Source: Sphagnum compactum
Lineage: Eukaryota
Direction of reading: 5' to 3'
DNA length: 64,000 nucleotides
Assembly (NCBI GenBank): GCA_965153455.1
Contig: OZ234493.1
Coordinates: 15,118,213 to 15,182,212 of the forward strand
A program made the position numbers and the translations under genes. Within the stretch, counting starts at the first letter, position 1; each line of letters starts with the position of its first letter. Shown here in pieces: positions 1 through 13,449 of the stretch. The notes beneath the pieces are model-generated. The model ran no database searches and had not been told where the DNA came from. It saw only the letters and a list, made by a program, of their open reading frames with translations.

Positions 1-1425
1 TGGGATGCTAGCCAATGATGCAACATCAGAAAATTGAAAAATATATCATTGACCTCAAATAGTCATTTGGCAACACTGATTCACTTCTTTGGCGAATTGT
101 TTTTTTATTTTTTAAATTGCAAAATTTTCTTTTGGGTGGTGGTTGCTACAGGTCTCTCCACTAGCTTCCTTATTTAATGGGTAGGGTGTTCTGTGCAAGG
201 GGTATTAGCCCAGGCCCAAAATGGTGACGAACTCTTTTGGGAAGAGAGATTTCATGCACCCAATGGCAAGGCCCGAGCATGCACGCAAGGTGCCTTGCTT
301 TTTTTCCTTTTAAGTTTTGGGGGGAGCAGGGCGAGGATTTTTTTTCATTTTTCCTTGGTTCCCAATGTGTTCCCAATAGCTTACCTTCAAGTTCTCAATG
401 GGTTTCCAATATGTTCCCCAAGTTCCCAATGTGTTCCCTAACATGTTCTTCATAGCACCTCACTTTTATCCCATATGTTTTGGCAAATGTTGTCCTCCTT
501 TCACCTACATAGGTGCGCCAAAGGGGATAAACTCCATACTTCAAAACAGAACCTTCTATTTTGGAGAGCCTCCATTGTTTCACTTTTTCAGTGATGGGCA
601 AATCAAATCAGCTCGTTGCAAAAAAATAAAATAAAATTTGAACTCGGGAGTCACATCATCCAATTAAGTCAAAATCTGTCTGGGGATGCTGGCCTCTGTT
701 GCTACGCTACAAAATTGGAATTTTTTTAATTTTTAAAAAATAAAAAAATGAAAAACACAGTGGCCCTAAGTATACCCCCTGAAATGCACCTCCTAGAAAA
801 GAGGAGGGTTAAAGAGGTAGGCATAAATTGGACCCTCCTGTTCCACAAATACTAGGCATAAGGTCCCTCACTCCCCTGTGCCCTGGGAGTCTGCATTTGT
901 TTTGGCTTACTGTAAGGTTTTGCCTCATGCTTTGAGTCAGCATTTCTTTTACTGGCAAGTTTTCGCCAAATTTCGACCTATGCAAAGGAATTTTCACCGA
1001 AAAAAAATGACCAGAATTCACCAGATTTCGAAGAAGCTAATTAATTCAAATCATCACAATTTTATGATAGCTTCTAGTAGGTAGCCACAAGACAACATAG
1101 AAACAGTTCCCCTTTTTTTCTACTTTCATATCTAACATGTAGCCAAATTTGGCTAAACTATTTTCTGGATGATCGCCACTTTGACTGCATCACAAAATCC
1201 TTAAAGAAACCCTGCTTCAAGTTGAGTGAGGCTGCTAACACGGGGATATTCCCAAGATGTGCTGAGCTGGGCAGGGCCGTAGCTTATTTTGAGATTGCCC
1301 CACCCAGGGCTCAAGCCTGAAGCCTGTACAAATTTACATATTATTTATAGGACTCATCACAGGATGATTTTGCGGCTTTTTTCATACCATATTTTATGTT
1401 GTAACCAGTAGGATGTGTGGGCCAA

Positions 1426-1483
1426 CTCACATTAAAGTTAATGCAGTGGCTAGCTCACATTAAAGTTAATGCAGTGGCTAGCT
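1426..1483 (+). repeat. Tandem duplication of ~29 bp (ctcacattaaagttaatgcagtggctag x2)
   Basis: Directly visible exact tandem repeat. Confidence 0.85.
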
Positions 1484-1847
1484 TCCTAAAAATAACATTT
1501 TCACTTTATTCCTGCTCCAACTCCCTGCAACGTAATATATGGTGTGCATAGTCTCCCAAGCATCCTGTCACGACTCCCATACATAATATGTAAATCTGCA
1601 CATGCTTGACTTCATTCTAGCTCCTTTGCAGTTGGGCTCTTGATTCACTTGCTTCTTCCCCTGCACATGATTTCATCGCTACCGTCCCTCCTGAACAACT
1701 TCTTCTTCTTCATCTTCAAGGCTTCGTTTGTGGCTACAACGACGTCTATATCAGTGGGCTTTTTTTACTGCAGCAGGAGGAGCTGAAGGAGGAGGGGAGG
1801 AGCTACAGCACTACTGTCGATCATCTGTTGCTGTTCACCAATTGATT

Positions 1848-2451
1848 ATGAAGTCTCCACCCAGCTCGAGATCACGTCCTCCTCGACTCATGGCACCGGT
1901 GACCAGCTCCAGCCATGAGCTCCAGCTGCTAAATCCAAGCCCGCAGTTCGTTTATGAACCACATGCGGAAGTTCTGATCCTGGTTTTCCTCAGTCTCGTG
2001 CTCTTAGTGCGACTGGCAAAAGAGTTGGTAAAACTCCTCCGGTATCTTCTGCTGCTTACTCGAGATTTTGTTGCACGTGGGCGGGAGCCAATTTTCATCC
2101 CTCCCCGTGATGCTCAGTTACAGGCAGTCGCAGAATCAACGATTGTAGAAATCATGGGTGAGTACTGAATAGTTAGTATGATCGATTTCATAGCTGGAGA
2201 AGATAACGAAGAAGATTGTTATATAGTCCACAGCTAGCTGATTCGGATTATACTAGAATGTCGCATGATGCAGGCCGCGTAATGGATGTCCACATGTGAG
2301 TGTATAGAATCACTACCCGCCGATCTGAGACCTACTAATCAAAGATTCTTGTGGGTCTCCCTGAATTCGTTTCTAATGGTGTCTCTGGTTAATTGTCTTC
2401 GCAGGAATTGGAGAAAGGGATGCAAACGGCGAGGAGACAAAAGTGGAATAG
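1848..2451 (+). CDS. Uncharacterised small protein with one hydrophobic helix, copy A; exons 1848-2157 and 2405-2451 (118 aa; alternative start ATG 1890)
   Basis: GTGAGT donor at 2158 and ttcgcAG acceptor give ...IVEIMG|IGERDANGEETKVE*. Intron position, phase and stop are conserved in copies B and C. Hydrophobic stretch VLILVFLSLVLLVRLA. Confidence 0.6.
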
Positions 2452-3999
2452 ATCATGAACAAGAACTGGCATTTTCAGAAATGTTGTCCTTGAACAGATC
2501 CCAGTCACGCGAAGGCTTATAACTCTAGCACATGTATATATTGTTCTTTACAAAGACTATAAATACAGATGAGACAAAAATCCGTCAAACGAATTTTTGC
2601 ATATGAGTTGAAAATTGAGTTGAACCTGGGCTATGCAAAAATTTATAAATGTTTTCTCAATAAGAAACCCCTGCAAAACATACATAAACGTTTGCTCTGA
2701 TTCTAGACATTTCTGGAGTTTGGACACCGTATTAAATTTTTTTCAAAAGAAGAAAATCAGATTACATCAGTAATTTTCCAATACACAAATTTCTATGTTA
2801 TTCATGTCAAGTTATACTTGGACCATATAGGATATATTTCATGTAGGCTATACCTATGAGATGGAACAACTGCTTGTATTTAGAAATAGAGAATACAAAG
2901 TGACCCAACCTCTTGGAATCAGGGTTTCTTTTTCCCAGTTTTGTGAACTAAGTGGGTTGGTGATAGAAGTCTTAACCAAATTTGGAAAGAATTAGGGTTC
3001 CTTGCTAATGTGTTGGCACATGTTGGAACTTGTTTCCTAATTCTGGAGATTTTTGTTTTTTTTCCCCCCTCAAAATATGGCAACTTTGAACTTTGTACGA
3101 TTTTTCCAAAAGAAATCTGTTATTTGGCTGTTTGTCACCTTGAAATCTCCTAAAGGTTCCACCTCATCCCCACCTCCCCACCCCCCCCACCATGCTCTTG
3201 GTACCTTTGGAAAACCCTCAATGAGTACTGCACGAGGTGGTTTCCTAACGTTTAGACCTATGGTGCAGGAGATAATGAATATTGAACAGTTTAGTAATTA
3301 AAATATGATACAATCAAAACTTTAAAAATTAGGGGAATGGGAGCACACTTTTGGTATTGTAGGATATTGCTCAATGAGTATGATAATAGGGAGGTGATTT
3401 TGTAAATTTTCAACCTAAGATGCAGGAAATATTATGCTTGGCCAAAAGGAGGGGAAGTTAGAATCCCTAGGAGGAAAAGCTTAGAATCCCTATGATTATC
3501 TCACAGGGATGTCCAACTCATACCCCCTTTCCATAGGGATTTCAAGTTCCTATTCCTCCAGCTACTGGATTTAGACTAAGTTAGAAATTTTTATGTGTGT
3601 GGTAAGTGACAGGAAGGACAGAGCTGTCCGAGGTAGTGTTTAGTCCAGGAATTTTTGGTTATAGCCAAAGTGGTGATCATCCATGGGAAGAAGGGTTTTT
3701 TCTTTTCCAATTTTGTGGATTCAAAAGTTTGGTGAATTTTTTTCGACTCCACTTTTTGCTGATAGGCAGACCTTGTGTTACTTCCAAATTTGTGATGATA
3801 CCATGCTCCTGTTTGGTGCTCTTCCTGCGATTTACATTTTGTGGTCTTCACAGAAGGCATCTTTGTTGGACATTGTTGATCATGCTTGTGGAATTTTCAC
3901 TCCTAGAGAGGTGGGTTTGGCTTATTTGTCTTTGATAAGAAACTTCTAATTTTTTTCAGTTTGGATTTAGTTGAAAGGAGTTGTTTGTGGTTGTGTTGC

Positions 4000-5880
4000 T
4001 AATTTCGAAACTGGTGGAGACTAAAGATGGGTCTTCTTAACACTCTAGTTGCAGTTTGGACAGTCCACTTCCAGAGGTGGTTGCGGAGGTGGGAAGCTTG
4101 CATAAGATGTTGTGTTTACCTGAGCACGGATTGATCGCAACTGGGCGGGACTCGATCATGGATGAAGCAGATGGATAGGAAACCACCAAGCTTGGGGCCT
4201 CTTTCAAGACCTCTCTTGGTCACTAAATTGTAGGAAGATTTTTTCCCCCTCTCCAACTCCATTAATGTCAGGTGCATATCTTCTTTATTTGAGAGGTTTA
4301 TTTCCTTCAGAGACTAGATTTATGAAGGCAATTATTATTTAAGAATGTTTCTTGTCCTTATGGTTTACCTGATGAACTGGTTGAGATTCTCAAGGTTAGG
4401 AGGCATTGCAGTGCCACCATCCCAAGTTACACCAGGGTTTAATGGTTTAAAGAAGTGGGACATAGTAAAGTTTGTGCTCTACAAGTCTTGCTGTTGGTTT
4501 AAGTACTTACTCTCTCATATGGGTGAATATGTTGCAGGTTGGGCCTGTCAAGTACATGGAAGTCAGCAATACATGCAAACCTAATTTATGGACTAGCTTA
4601 GCTGATGAGGTTCCTGCATGGATGATGGAAAAGTGAAACCGCATGTCAGTTGGTTGCACCTTACAATGGCTGGACCATTGCCTTTCTCTGTCAACTGTAT
4701 GTCATATTACTTTTCTTTACTCCTTCAGAGCCTTTTATCTTGCATGACTTTGTAACGAACCAACATGAAATTGGTTTCGATCATGACCTATTCTGGGTAT
4801 ATTGAAGCCAATTGATGTGATTCATAGTCTGGGCAGAGCAGGACATCGGGTGTCTGGGTGTTGTGGTTGGAGGAAGCAGTGTTGAGCAGCGAACACATTC
4901 TGCTCAGCAAACGGCAGCTTGCAATGTAGCAGATAATGCCCTACTTGCTTTTTGTCTACCATAATATAAGCAACAAGGGAACAAGCCTGCTTCATTCTTC
5001 CTTTCCAATATTTGCCCAAATATCTAAGCATGGTATATTGCTCCTTGTCATGAACTGTTGTATCACTTTCCAAGCTGTGAAGCCACATTTTGAGTTCTGT
5101 TTCAGTGCATGAACCCTAACTGGCTAATTCTGTGTGGATGAGTTGTCAAATCTTTGAAATCAAGAGAATTTTTTCCTAACGAATCTTCTGATGAGGTTGT
5201 GAGCAACCACTTTGAAATAAACAGTAAGTGACAGAGTATGTGGTTTTGCAGGTATTTCTTTGGGTGGCTTTGGTCTTGGTGAAGCTGCAGAGGATCGAGG
5301 CCCTCTTCTAGAAGTTGTCACTGTAGTTCTCTATCTTTAATGCCAAATCTTTTCAGGTAGTGTGGGTAGCAGTCCCCACCTCTTTGCAGTCCTAGTTTTA
5401 GTTGTTATAGCTGGGGTTCAAAAAAAGTAAATAACTAGTTTTGGATGCGAGAAATATTTTGGGAGGGTCACATATTGAGCATCAGTGGAGCTGCTCTAAA
5501 AACCTGCTCCAAATGGTTTTTCAGTGTACTTGGAGGGGACCCTATTCAGGATAAATATTCATGCTTGCACGAGTGGGCATTTTGGGCATGATTAGGTGAC
5601 TCGTTTTTTATTTTTTGAGAGCTTATTTTTAACACTAGTGAAATTTTTTATATTGTAACAAGTAACAACTTATGCATCTAATGTAAATTTTTCTATGTTT
5701 TTATTGACTCTGCTCTTCAGGGAAGAGACATTGCGATGCATGCAGAAACAGGCGAAAGTTTGGTATCCCCACATTTTAGGGTCATGTGGAGTCCACTATA
5801 GAAAATATTCCAGCATAACTGAAGGATCCACTTCGTGTTCACCATGCTTACCATCATGTGTTTCCAATTTAGTATGTTGA
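4000..5880 (+). pseudogene. Exon-like remnants of an unidentified gene
   Basis: Several GC-richer blocks bounded by AG/GT-like sites (~4395-4463, ~4538-4643, ~4729-4796, ~4828-4924, ~5252-5322, ~5721-5870), with stops. No family recognised. Confidence 0.3.
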
Positions 5881-5966
5881 ATATTCATCATCCTTTTGGA
5901 CGTCATTTAAAGGGCAGAGTCATTATGTGACGAGCCACTTGTTTGAAAGTATGCAAATTTCAAATA

Positions 5967-6239
5967 ATGTGGGAGGGGGGCGTAGGAAGAATAACACAAA
6001 ATCAGGGAGTTGCCAAGAAGAACCTGCTGGCCGGGCTTTTCGCCCACAGAGGAGAGCTACCGCCAGGATCTTTGCCCACAGAGGAGAGTCGTGTGTCTAA
6101 CGCAATCACAAGAGAGAATTGTGCAAGACATGGACTGGGTTCGAGACACGATACTGCTGGGCGAAAAACCGGCCGGCAGGTCCTTCTCAACTCCTTGATT
6201 TTGTTTGATTCCTCCAAGCGCCCCCCTTCTCCCCCACAT
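5967..6239. repeat. Long imperfect inverted repeat (fold-back)
   Basis: Arm ~5967-6047 (atgtgggag...cttttcgccca) is the reverse complement, with mismatches, of ~6158-6239 (tgggcgaaaaacc...cccccacat). Further partial pairing inside. Confidence 0.85.
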
Positions 6240-6899
6240 ACCCGAACGGCGGCTCGTCCTTGAGATGAACCTGAATGAACGTCTGTGGATCATGGGACGT
6301 ATAAAAGGGTTGAGTTGAAACAGGTTGTGATCAAGTCTTCGATCACCTCCCCTTTCAATGGTTCATCTCTCCTGTATGTTTCAGTACTTTCTTGCACTGC
6401 AACTTTCTCTCCATTGATCAAGGCTTCGTTTGTGACTACAGTTCTAATTTAATAGTAGTGATTTGTTTTGTTGCTGGAGCTTCAGTACTACTGATCTGCT
6501 GCAGCTGAAAACTAAAGTCTCCACCCAACTCGCGATCACGTCCCCCGGGTCAACTCATGGCACCAGTGACCAGATCCAGCCATGAGATCCAGCTCACAAG
6601 GGGCCTGTGAGGAAGTCCCACATGGCCACAAGGGGAAAATTGAACTATTTACCATCTGAAGTTTTTTGCAATGAGGGACAAACGACAATTCTAGTTGAGA
6701 TGCAGGAAAAGATGAGTGAAAAACTGAATTTTTGGAAAGATGAGGAAATCAAAAGATGAAATACAAAGGAAAAAACCATGTAATGATATATGGAAATCAT
6801 TCAATTCTCAAATGCATCACTGTATTACAAATACATGCACATTCCAACTAAAGCATGAGAGCAGAATTATGGTCAATAAGTGTTTTTTGTTGGTTTTGT

Positions 6900-8990
6900 A
6901 CTCGCCAGATTTTCAACAAAAATTTGTGCAACATTAGGGTTAACACAATTGATGACATGCTCTGGTGCACAACAATAAGAATTTGCTCCAAAGCAGTCAC
7001 TCCTTGAATCCCTTGAATACTAGAAGGTGCAAATGGTGTTCAGAAGCACAAATACACATCAATAGCACCCAAATCATAAACTGCAGTTGTGCAGAATGCC
7101 CAGAACTTCTTCAAATCCAAAAGAGTCATTGCCAAAGGAATCTCCAAGAATTTGATGCAAAAGTCCATGATTCAAGAAGTCTGGGAAATACTTACTGCAA
7201 GGGGCAGTGACTGCAAACTTGCGAGTATAGTCCAGAGCAGTCTCAGGTTTCTGTTCACTCTTGGGCTGATTTTCTTCTCCAAATGTTCTCTCTCAGCCCA
7301 GTGGTCCTGACCTTGCTGCTTCCTTTTCTTCCCTTCTTCCTCACTTCCTAAAGCCAGTTCCATACTACTACCCACTGTTAGATTCTTAAGCTCCCTCGGT
7401 TCATCATGGAGAGGATGAGGACTCAGTTTACTACTCCTGTAACTCCTGCTCACAGAGAGCTTGGCTGTACCCTTGTTCCCACCTCTTCTGCAATCAGCAT
7501 TTTGCAGCAGGAAGTGGGTCATCCCTTGGTGTGGAATCAGACCTCCTCCGAGATCTTCTTCCAGCAAAAAATATCCCTTCCGATACAACTCAACGCCACA
7601 AATACTTGAAAGCCATTTTGTTTTTCTCAACTTACAACTACTTGCAGGCTAAGGGAAAAAAACAATCATCCTGCATCAACTGCAGTCTTTCAGCAACTTT
7701 ACACCTGAGTGAAAAATCCAATCAGCACCTGCAGCTGCTCCACCACCAGCAACAGTATCATCCAGGTCATGCAAGCTCCAATCTGCTGCATGCTTCTCTT
7801 CAACTCGTCAACATCGCAGTTCATCAATTGCTTCTCTGAATTGAAACCTGCAGCTAAGAATCTGACGGGTGGGTACAACTTCTGTCTGGACTCAGGAAGG
7901 TTTGGAGAATGCAGACACTAATAAAAGCAATTTCACCTGCAAACTTTACAGTCAATTCCTTCAGAGCTGACTGGTCAGAAAAGCAAGGTTTGAATGGCAT
8001 TGACATTGAGGATGCAACTTCCCACCCGTCATTGGTGCCGATTGCAAACTTGTCCGCAAACCCATTGCAATCAATAACAGAACAAGTGAAGGTGGATTTT
8101 TGATTTTGTGATGGTACTTACCCGTGAGTTCAATAGGTATTCTCAGGAGTGAGCCAAGATCATCAGGCATTTCATAAAGTTAGGAAGCGTGTATTAAGCT
8201 GAGGTAACAACAGGTGCTAACATGAGGTACTACCTGCCAGGAGGGATCAAGTACTCCAGTAGGTGCAGGAAGCAAGCTCCCTCTCTCGGATTCTGCACCT
8301 ACATGAATCTGATGAGCCTTTCTCCTGGAGTGCTAATAGTCCCTTGAACTGATGTCCGACAGATTTGTTATCTGCAGACATCCAACAAGAAGATTAACCT
8401 GTGATCAGGTGCCAGTGATTATCAATGTACCCAAGATTTCAGGCACACTGTTCTACAAGGCCTGCAAATGAATCAAATGAGAAGAAAAGAAAAAAGAAAA
8501 ACCCAAAATTACAGAAGCTGCACACGAAGATCCCAGAGACCCAAATTCTTCTTCTTATGCCTTTGAACCCCGTTTGATTGAAATCACAAATAGAATTTGC
8601 CATGAATCAAAGATGCACACAGAAATATAAAACAAAATACAAAAGTCCATGAAAAAGCTTAAGAAGTGGATGATGGAACAATCCCAACTTGTGAGCTATC
8701 TGATAAAGCCAACAGTGCACAGGAGCACCAAGTTGACCTACACAGTCCAGATCAGACATTAGGAGGAGTGCATCAACTTGTGCAATCTCTTCAGAGTCAC
8801 CTGCTTCTAAGTTGGCTGGTCCACAGGAAGAGGTGTTCAGCAGACTAGCCATCTCAGAAGAGTTGAGAGTAGGGGGATGACTCCCATCATGTTCAATATA
8901 TCACCTGCTTTGGACATTGGACCAGCAGGTCTGCCATGAACTAGCTGCTGTATTGGGGCTCCACAAACTGCCCACAGTTGATCTCTGGTC
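6900..8990 (-). pseudogene. Decayed coding-like region inside the transposon, possibly a second (TnpA-like) gene
   Basis: Coding-like composition with minus-strand GT/AG-like boundaries, downstream of the transposase. No recognisable motif. Confidence 0.3.
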
Positions 8991-9165
8991 CAAAGTCCAT
9001 CTCTAGAACAAGCTACTTTAGTTCTGCACGAGTATTCTACTTATCTACATAGTATTACAGTAATCATGTAAATAGAAATTATCAATCCACAACAACAATT
9101 TTAGGCCTAGTTCTTGTCATTAGCTTCTAACTTTTGAAGAAGGTAAAATTGGTTCACCTTCAGAG

Positions 9166-12100
9166 CTAACCATGAGCATTCCTTATGTCTTGCCATATCC
9201 ATTCAGTAGGTTCCCCATTGTGATGATGAGTAACTTGGGCATCATCCAAAATTCTTTCAATAGAATGCCGAGACCTTGTGCTTGTAATCCCAGATGCCCT
9301 GTACCTCTTGAAGGTTCCACGCACCCACCCATAAACTTCCAACATGCCCAAGCACACCGTACCCACAAAGTAATCTTGTTGCATAAATGGCCTTATTGCA
9401 ATGGCTTTCCTCTTGTTTTCTTCTTCCACTTGAAAATCAGTTGTAAATGTTGGTGTAGACACACTCCTCACTACTGCCATGGAGAAGGACCTGTCACTGT
9501 TATTCCTAACTATCACCACATCCCCAACTTCTGGATAAGGAGGGCAGCAGCCAAGCATCCCTAGCTGAAACAAATGGTCATGCGGGGAAACATCTTCTAA
9601 CTCATAAGCTAAAAAAATCCCATTATTCTGCCCTACCAAAGGCATCGGAATGAATTTGTGCATCAGAAGGTGAACTGGTTTGATGTCATTCCCAGGCCAC
9701 TGTTGTGGATGTGGTTGTAAAACAACCATGCCAGTACAGCTGTGTTGGAGAGCCACAGAAGATGATGATGCTGATGTTGTTGTATTGTAATACTTGCCTT
9801 GGGAAAAAACTCTCCTGTCACCGTAGAATTCATGGATGAAAAATTGGGTGATTTTGGCCTTCCATGTCCACATGTGCCCTTCGTATGGCTCATCAGGCTC
9901 AACAATCACTGAATCACCAACACAAAATTCCTTTCCATGCCTCATCCAAAATGAGAATCCTTAAACTAAAGTTTGAAAAAGTTGAGAATTTTCAATGGTC
10001 ATGATCGTGATGGTGCTCCAAAAACATTGCAAGTACGAGATTGTGTCTTCTGAGATTATTGCTTTGATGCTGATCTTCCTACCCACAATTATATCCTTCT
10101 GTAATAAAACTTGCTTACATGAGCATGTTGGCAACCACTGCACCAATTTGGAAACTGCTCGAGCTATTTCCTAAAAAGGCACAACCACCACACATTCTCC
10201 ATGCCACTACTCACAAACTGTCAAATCTTGATCCATCACACGATGGACATCTGTAGGCAATTGAAGATATTTGTGAACCTCTTTCAAAGCTCTTCCACCC
10301 AGGAATAGACCGTCATTATCCAGTTGCATAGCTCTATGGATCTTTGTGAAATCTGCCTAACATAGTAGCCCGTGTAAGTGACCTCACTTGTCTTTTGATT
10401 AGATGAAATCTTCACAACTCTGGAAATTTCCCTTTCAAAAGGGTAACGCCAAAAAATATCGTGGCAACCGTGCCTCTCCACATCATGTACAAGTTCTCTG
10501 TTCCCTGTGTGCCTAGACACAAAGTTACATGGATTATATTCCTGCATTATACTTTTGAAGTGACAGAGCTCATAAAAAAAACACACTCTATGGACTAGTT
10601 TCACAAAATGAAATATCAATAGTCCTACCAAGGCTTTAATTTTCAATTTTGTAATGTAGCTAAGCTATCAATTAGCCATAAGATGACTAAATCGAATCTA
10701 GCTGCGACAGGTGAGAAAGAAAGTTTTTTAAAAAAAATAATTTTAAATTGTTATTTTCTATCTAATTGAAACTTAGTAAAAAAAATTTGCAATCTTTCAA
10801 AAAGACTTATATGAGATTTGGCAACTAGAAAACCTACAAAACATCTGTTTGCCATCATTTTCATAAGAAATGTTGTCACCTTAACACTAGATAGCCCAAA
10901 AAACAAGCCCTAGAGTGAATACTTGCAACATGTTCCAATGGAGACGAGTTGGACCCAACACTTTCCTCCAAGCACACATGCCATGCTGCTAACAATTCCC
11001 AAGCATTTTGCCTGCTTTGAGAAGTCCATCCATAGTTTCAGCTATGCGTGTAAAATAGCCTTCCTACCTTAGTGAGCATTGCACCTATCCCACGCAAAAA
11101 GGAGTCCAAGCCCAAATCTAAATGATCTACGACATGTGGTAAACATCACATAACAAAAATTTGGTACTCTTTGGCCTTATAAAACCCTAAAGATTCTATA
11201 CTCCTAGGCCACCTTGCTTCAAGTGTGGCAAGACTCAACTTCTTCACAGTTTGTAACGCACCATCCAAATCTTTTATCTTCCCATTTCCTTCAGCATTTG
11301 ACCAACATGTAGACATATTTCTTAAAGACACACAATGCTAAAGTGTGCATCACATCATATGTGAGGTCACGAGAAATGTCAAAGTCATACAAGTTGTACA
11401 ACCCCCAAAGTCATGATTGGCTTGAGATGCCCACTTCACGACCAACCTCATCCCTTTCCTTGCTAATTGGAAATTCCTACCACTACTTCAATGCGAATGC
11501 CATGTCCTCTACACATCGCATGGCAAATGATGTATCCTATGTTTTCTATTGTCATGGTATTCCACCAAACCCTTGTTGCCGGATCGAGCACGCCATCTTG
11601 ATGTAACATAGTGACGTCGACACCCAAAATACCCCCCGCTTTTCACTACCCCCACTTTACATTGGGCAGGATGCTCACCAATCCATACCATCACTATGGC
11701 ACGCAAATTAACCAAACCAAAAGGCAAATCATCAATCATGCATTCACTAATTGATTTTATAAGATATGCATATTGGATTGGGAATCTATCTACAAACAAC
11801 CTTTCTGAGTCTGTCATGAGAGGTTTTTTAAATGTTGTCAAAACGTGGGGGTTAGCTTGTTTGATTATTTTTTCTAAACTTGATGGAAAAAACATAATAG
11901 GAATAGGATCTAATGTGTTTGCTTTCCCATAATTCAGTATCCTCAAATCCACTGTCCAACAATTCTTCAAACTTGTTTTTGTAGAAGAAAATCCATCCCA
12001 GTGAAACATCAACCCAAAATTTTGTGGATCACCCTACAAATGCACACAAAGTATATTAGTGCATGACAAGAAACACTAAGTTTGATGGTTTTTGTTTACT

Positions 12101-13449
12101 TTCTATTGGACCCTATCAAATCTCTGACAATTGGTTATTAACTAGTTTATTAGCTCTGGTTCCTGCAACATTTATGGATCTAGATAGGTTTATTTTGTTA
12201 GTAACTAGAGTCTAAATATTTGGACATGTGTTGCAAGTTTACTTTTACTTAAGGAAAAATATGAGGTTGTCAATTATATAATTATCTAGTTATATATACA
12301 ATTGGAAGCCACCAAGCAAAACTATTTTTTTTTAAACCTAAAAAAAACTCTGCTAATAGAAATGTTCTAGAGACTTACTTTCAACATGCGCCTTTGAACA
12401 TTGATAAGAGTTGAACACTATGAGCATGGAAACCTATAATAATTTATATCTGAATCCCAATGTTGAAGTAATTTTTCACACTTTTGAGTTGGAGGAAATG
12501 CTCGAAAAGCATGGGAACATTTGTTGTTGGGACAAATTACAGGGGCCTCCCACTCCCCTTCAAGATTCTAGAATGCCCAATACTCACGAAACTTGCTACC
12601 ATCAAAATGCTCTTCAATAACTTTTAGCAAAACCTTAGGATCTTTTCCCAATCACCTGTCCTTAGTTCTCCATGTCATCAACATCCTCTCACAAATGCTC
12701 TTACTTCTACAGAAGCTTGCTAACAAGGGTCCGATAGGCATGTGATCATAGGTTAATATGTGTTTCTCCATCTGTGAGCAAATCGGGCACCTATGAAAAC
12801 ATCTTAGACAATCCCTTTTAAATTTTTGTCATGAATTAGGCCCACACTCACAACGCACAACCTCAAAGCCTTCGTACAAGTCCTCTACACTAAGGAACAT
12901 CAAATTGGGGTCATGTGGTGCTTGTGTAAACCCAATGCACAATTGCCACCTCTTTGTTGCTACAAGCCCCAACTCTTTATACAAATTATGAAGTTGTTTC
13001 CATGAAGTTGGCAATGAAAACCCCCTAATTAGCTTGTGCTCTAAACCAACTAGTGTCAACAATCTGCCAATTGGCAAGGCACCATAATCAAGTCTCCCAT
13101 CCTCAAGAACATTGGGTTCCTCTTGTAATAACCCAAACAACTGATGTAACATGTAATCTTGAAGGTTGATGGGCATTTGGCTTACATCCCATTTTTTTTG
13201 AAACTCCACAACTTTGTCAGTTAAGGCTTGTCTTAAAGTCACAACCTTAATTGGGCCTATTGGATGTTGGTCACTACATTGACTTGGCTCATTGGATGTT
13301 GATGAAGGTGGGCTAAATTCAAAAAAATTTGTTGATGTATCTTGACCTGGTCCATCCAAAATAACAACCTCTTCTATCAAAATATTTCCAAGTCTTACGA
13401 TTGGATCAACCATTTCTTGCATGTGCTGGTATATTGTCCTCCTGGACAC
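9166..13449 (-). pseudogene. Decayed EnSpm/CACTA-type transposase (TnpD/Tnp2-like) with C-terminal BAH-like segment
   Basis: Ordered motifs FHWDGF (~12000), WIGEHPAQCKVG..GYFGCRRH (~11650), DLTYDVMHTL (~11350), FWRYPFER (~10445), then VGDSVIVEPD..WKAKITQFF (~9900). Broken by stops, frameshifts and probable introns. Confidence 0.8.

Larger units (their letters stand above)
1..2991 (+). repeat. Segmental duplication copy A (direct repeat of 43607-46436)
   Basis: Near base-for-base alignment by eye from tgggatgctagcc (1 / 43607) to atttggaaagaa. Non-homologous blocks at ~1404-1690 versus ~45013-45245, and ~110 bp extra at ~2510-2625. May extend left of the window. Confidence 0.95.

Noticed and set aside
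170-1084. Short ORFs duplicated at 43799-44690
   Set aside because: Conservation is explained by the recent segmental duplication. The sequence looks like dispersed repeat DNA.
3439-3560. Short direct/inverted repeats (ttagaatcccta / tagggatt) as a TE terminus for the 4000-5880 relic
   Set aside because: No matching second terminus or TSD was found.
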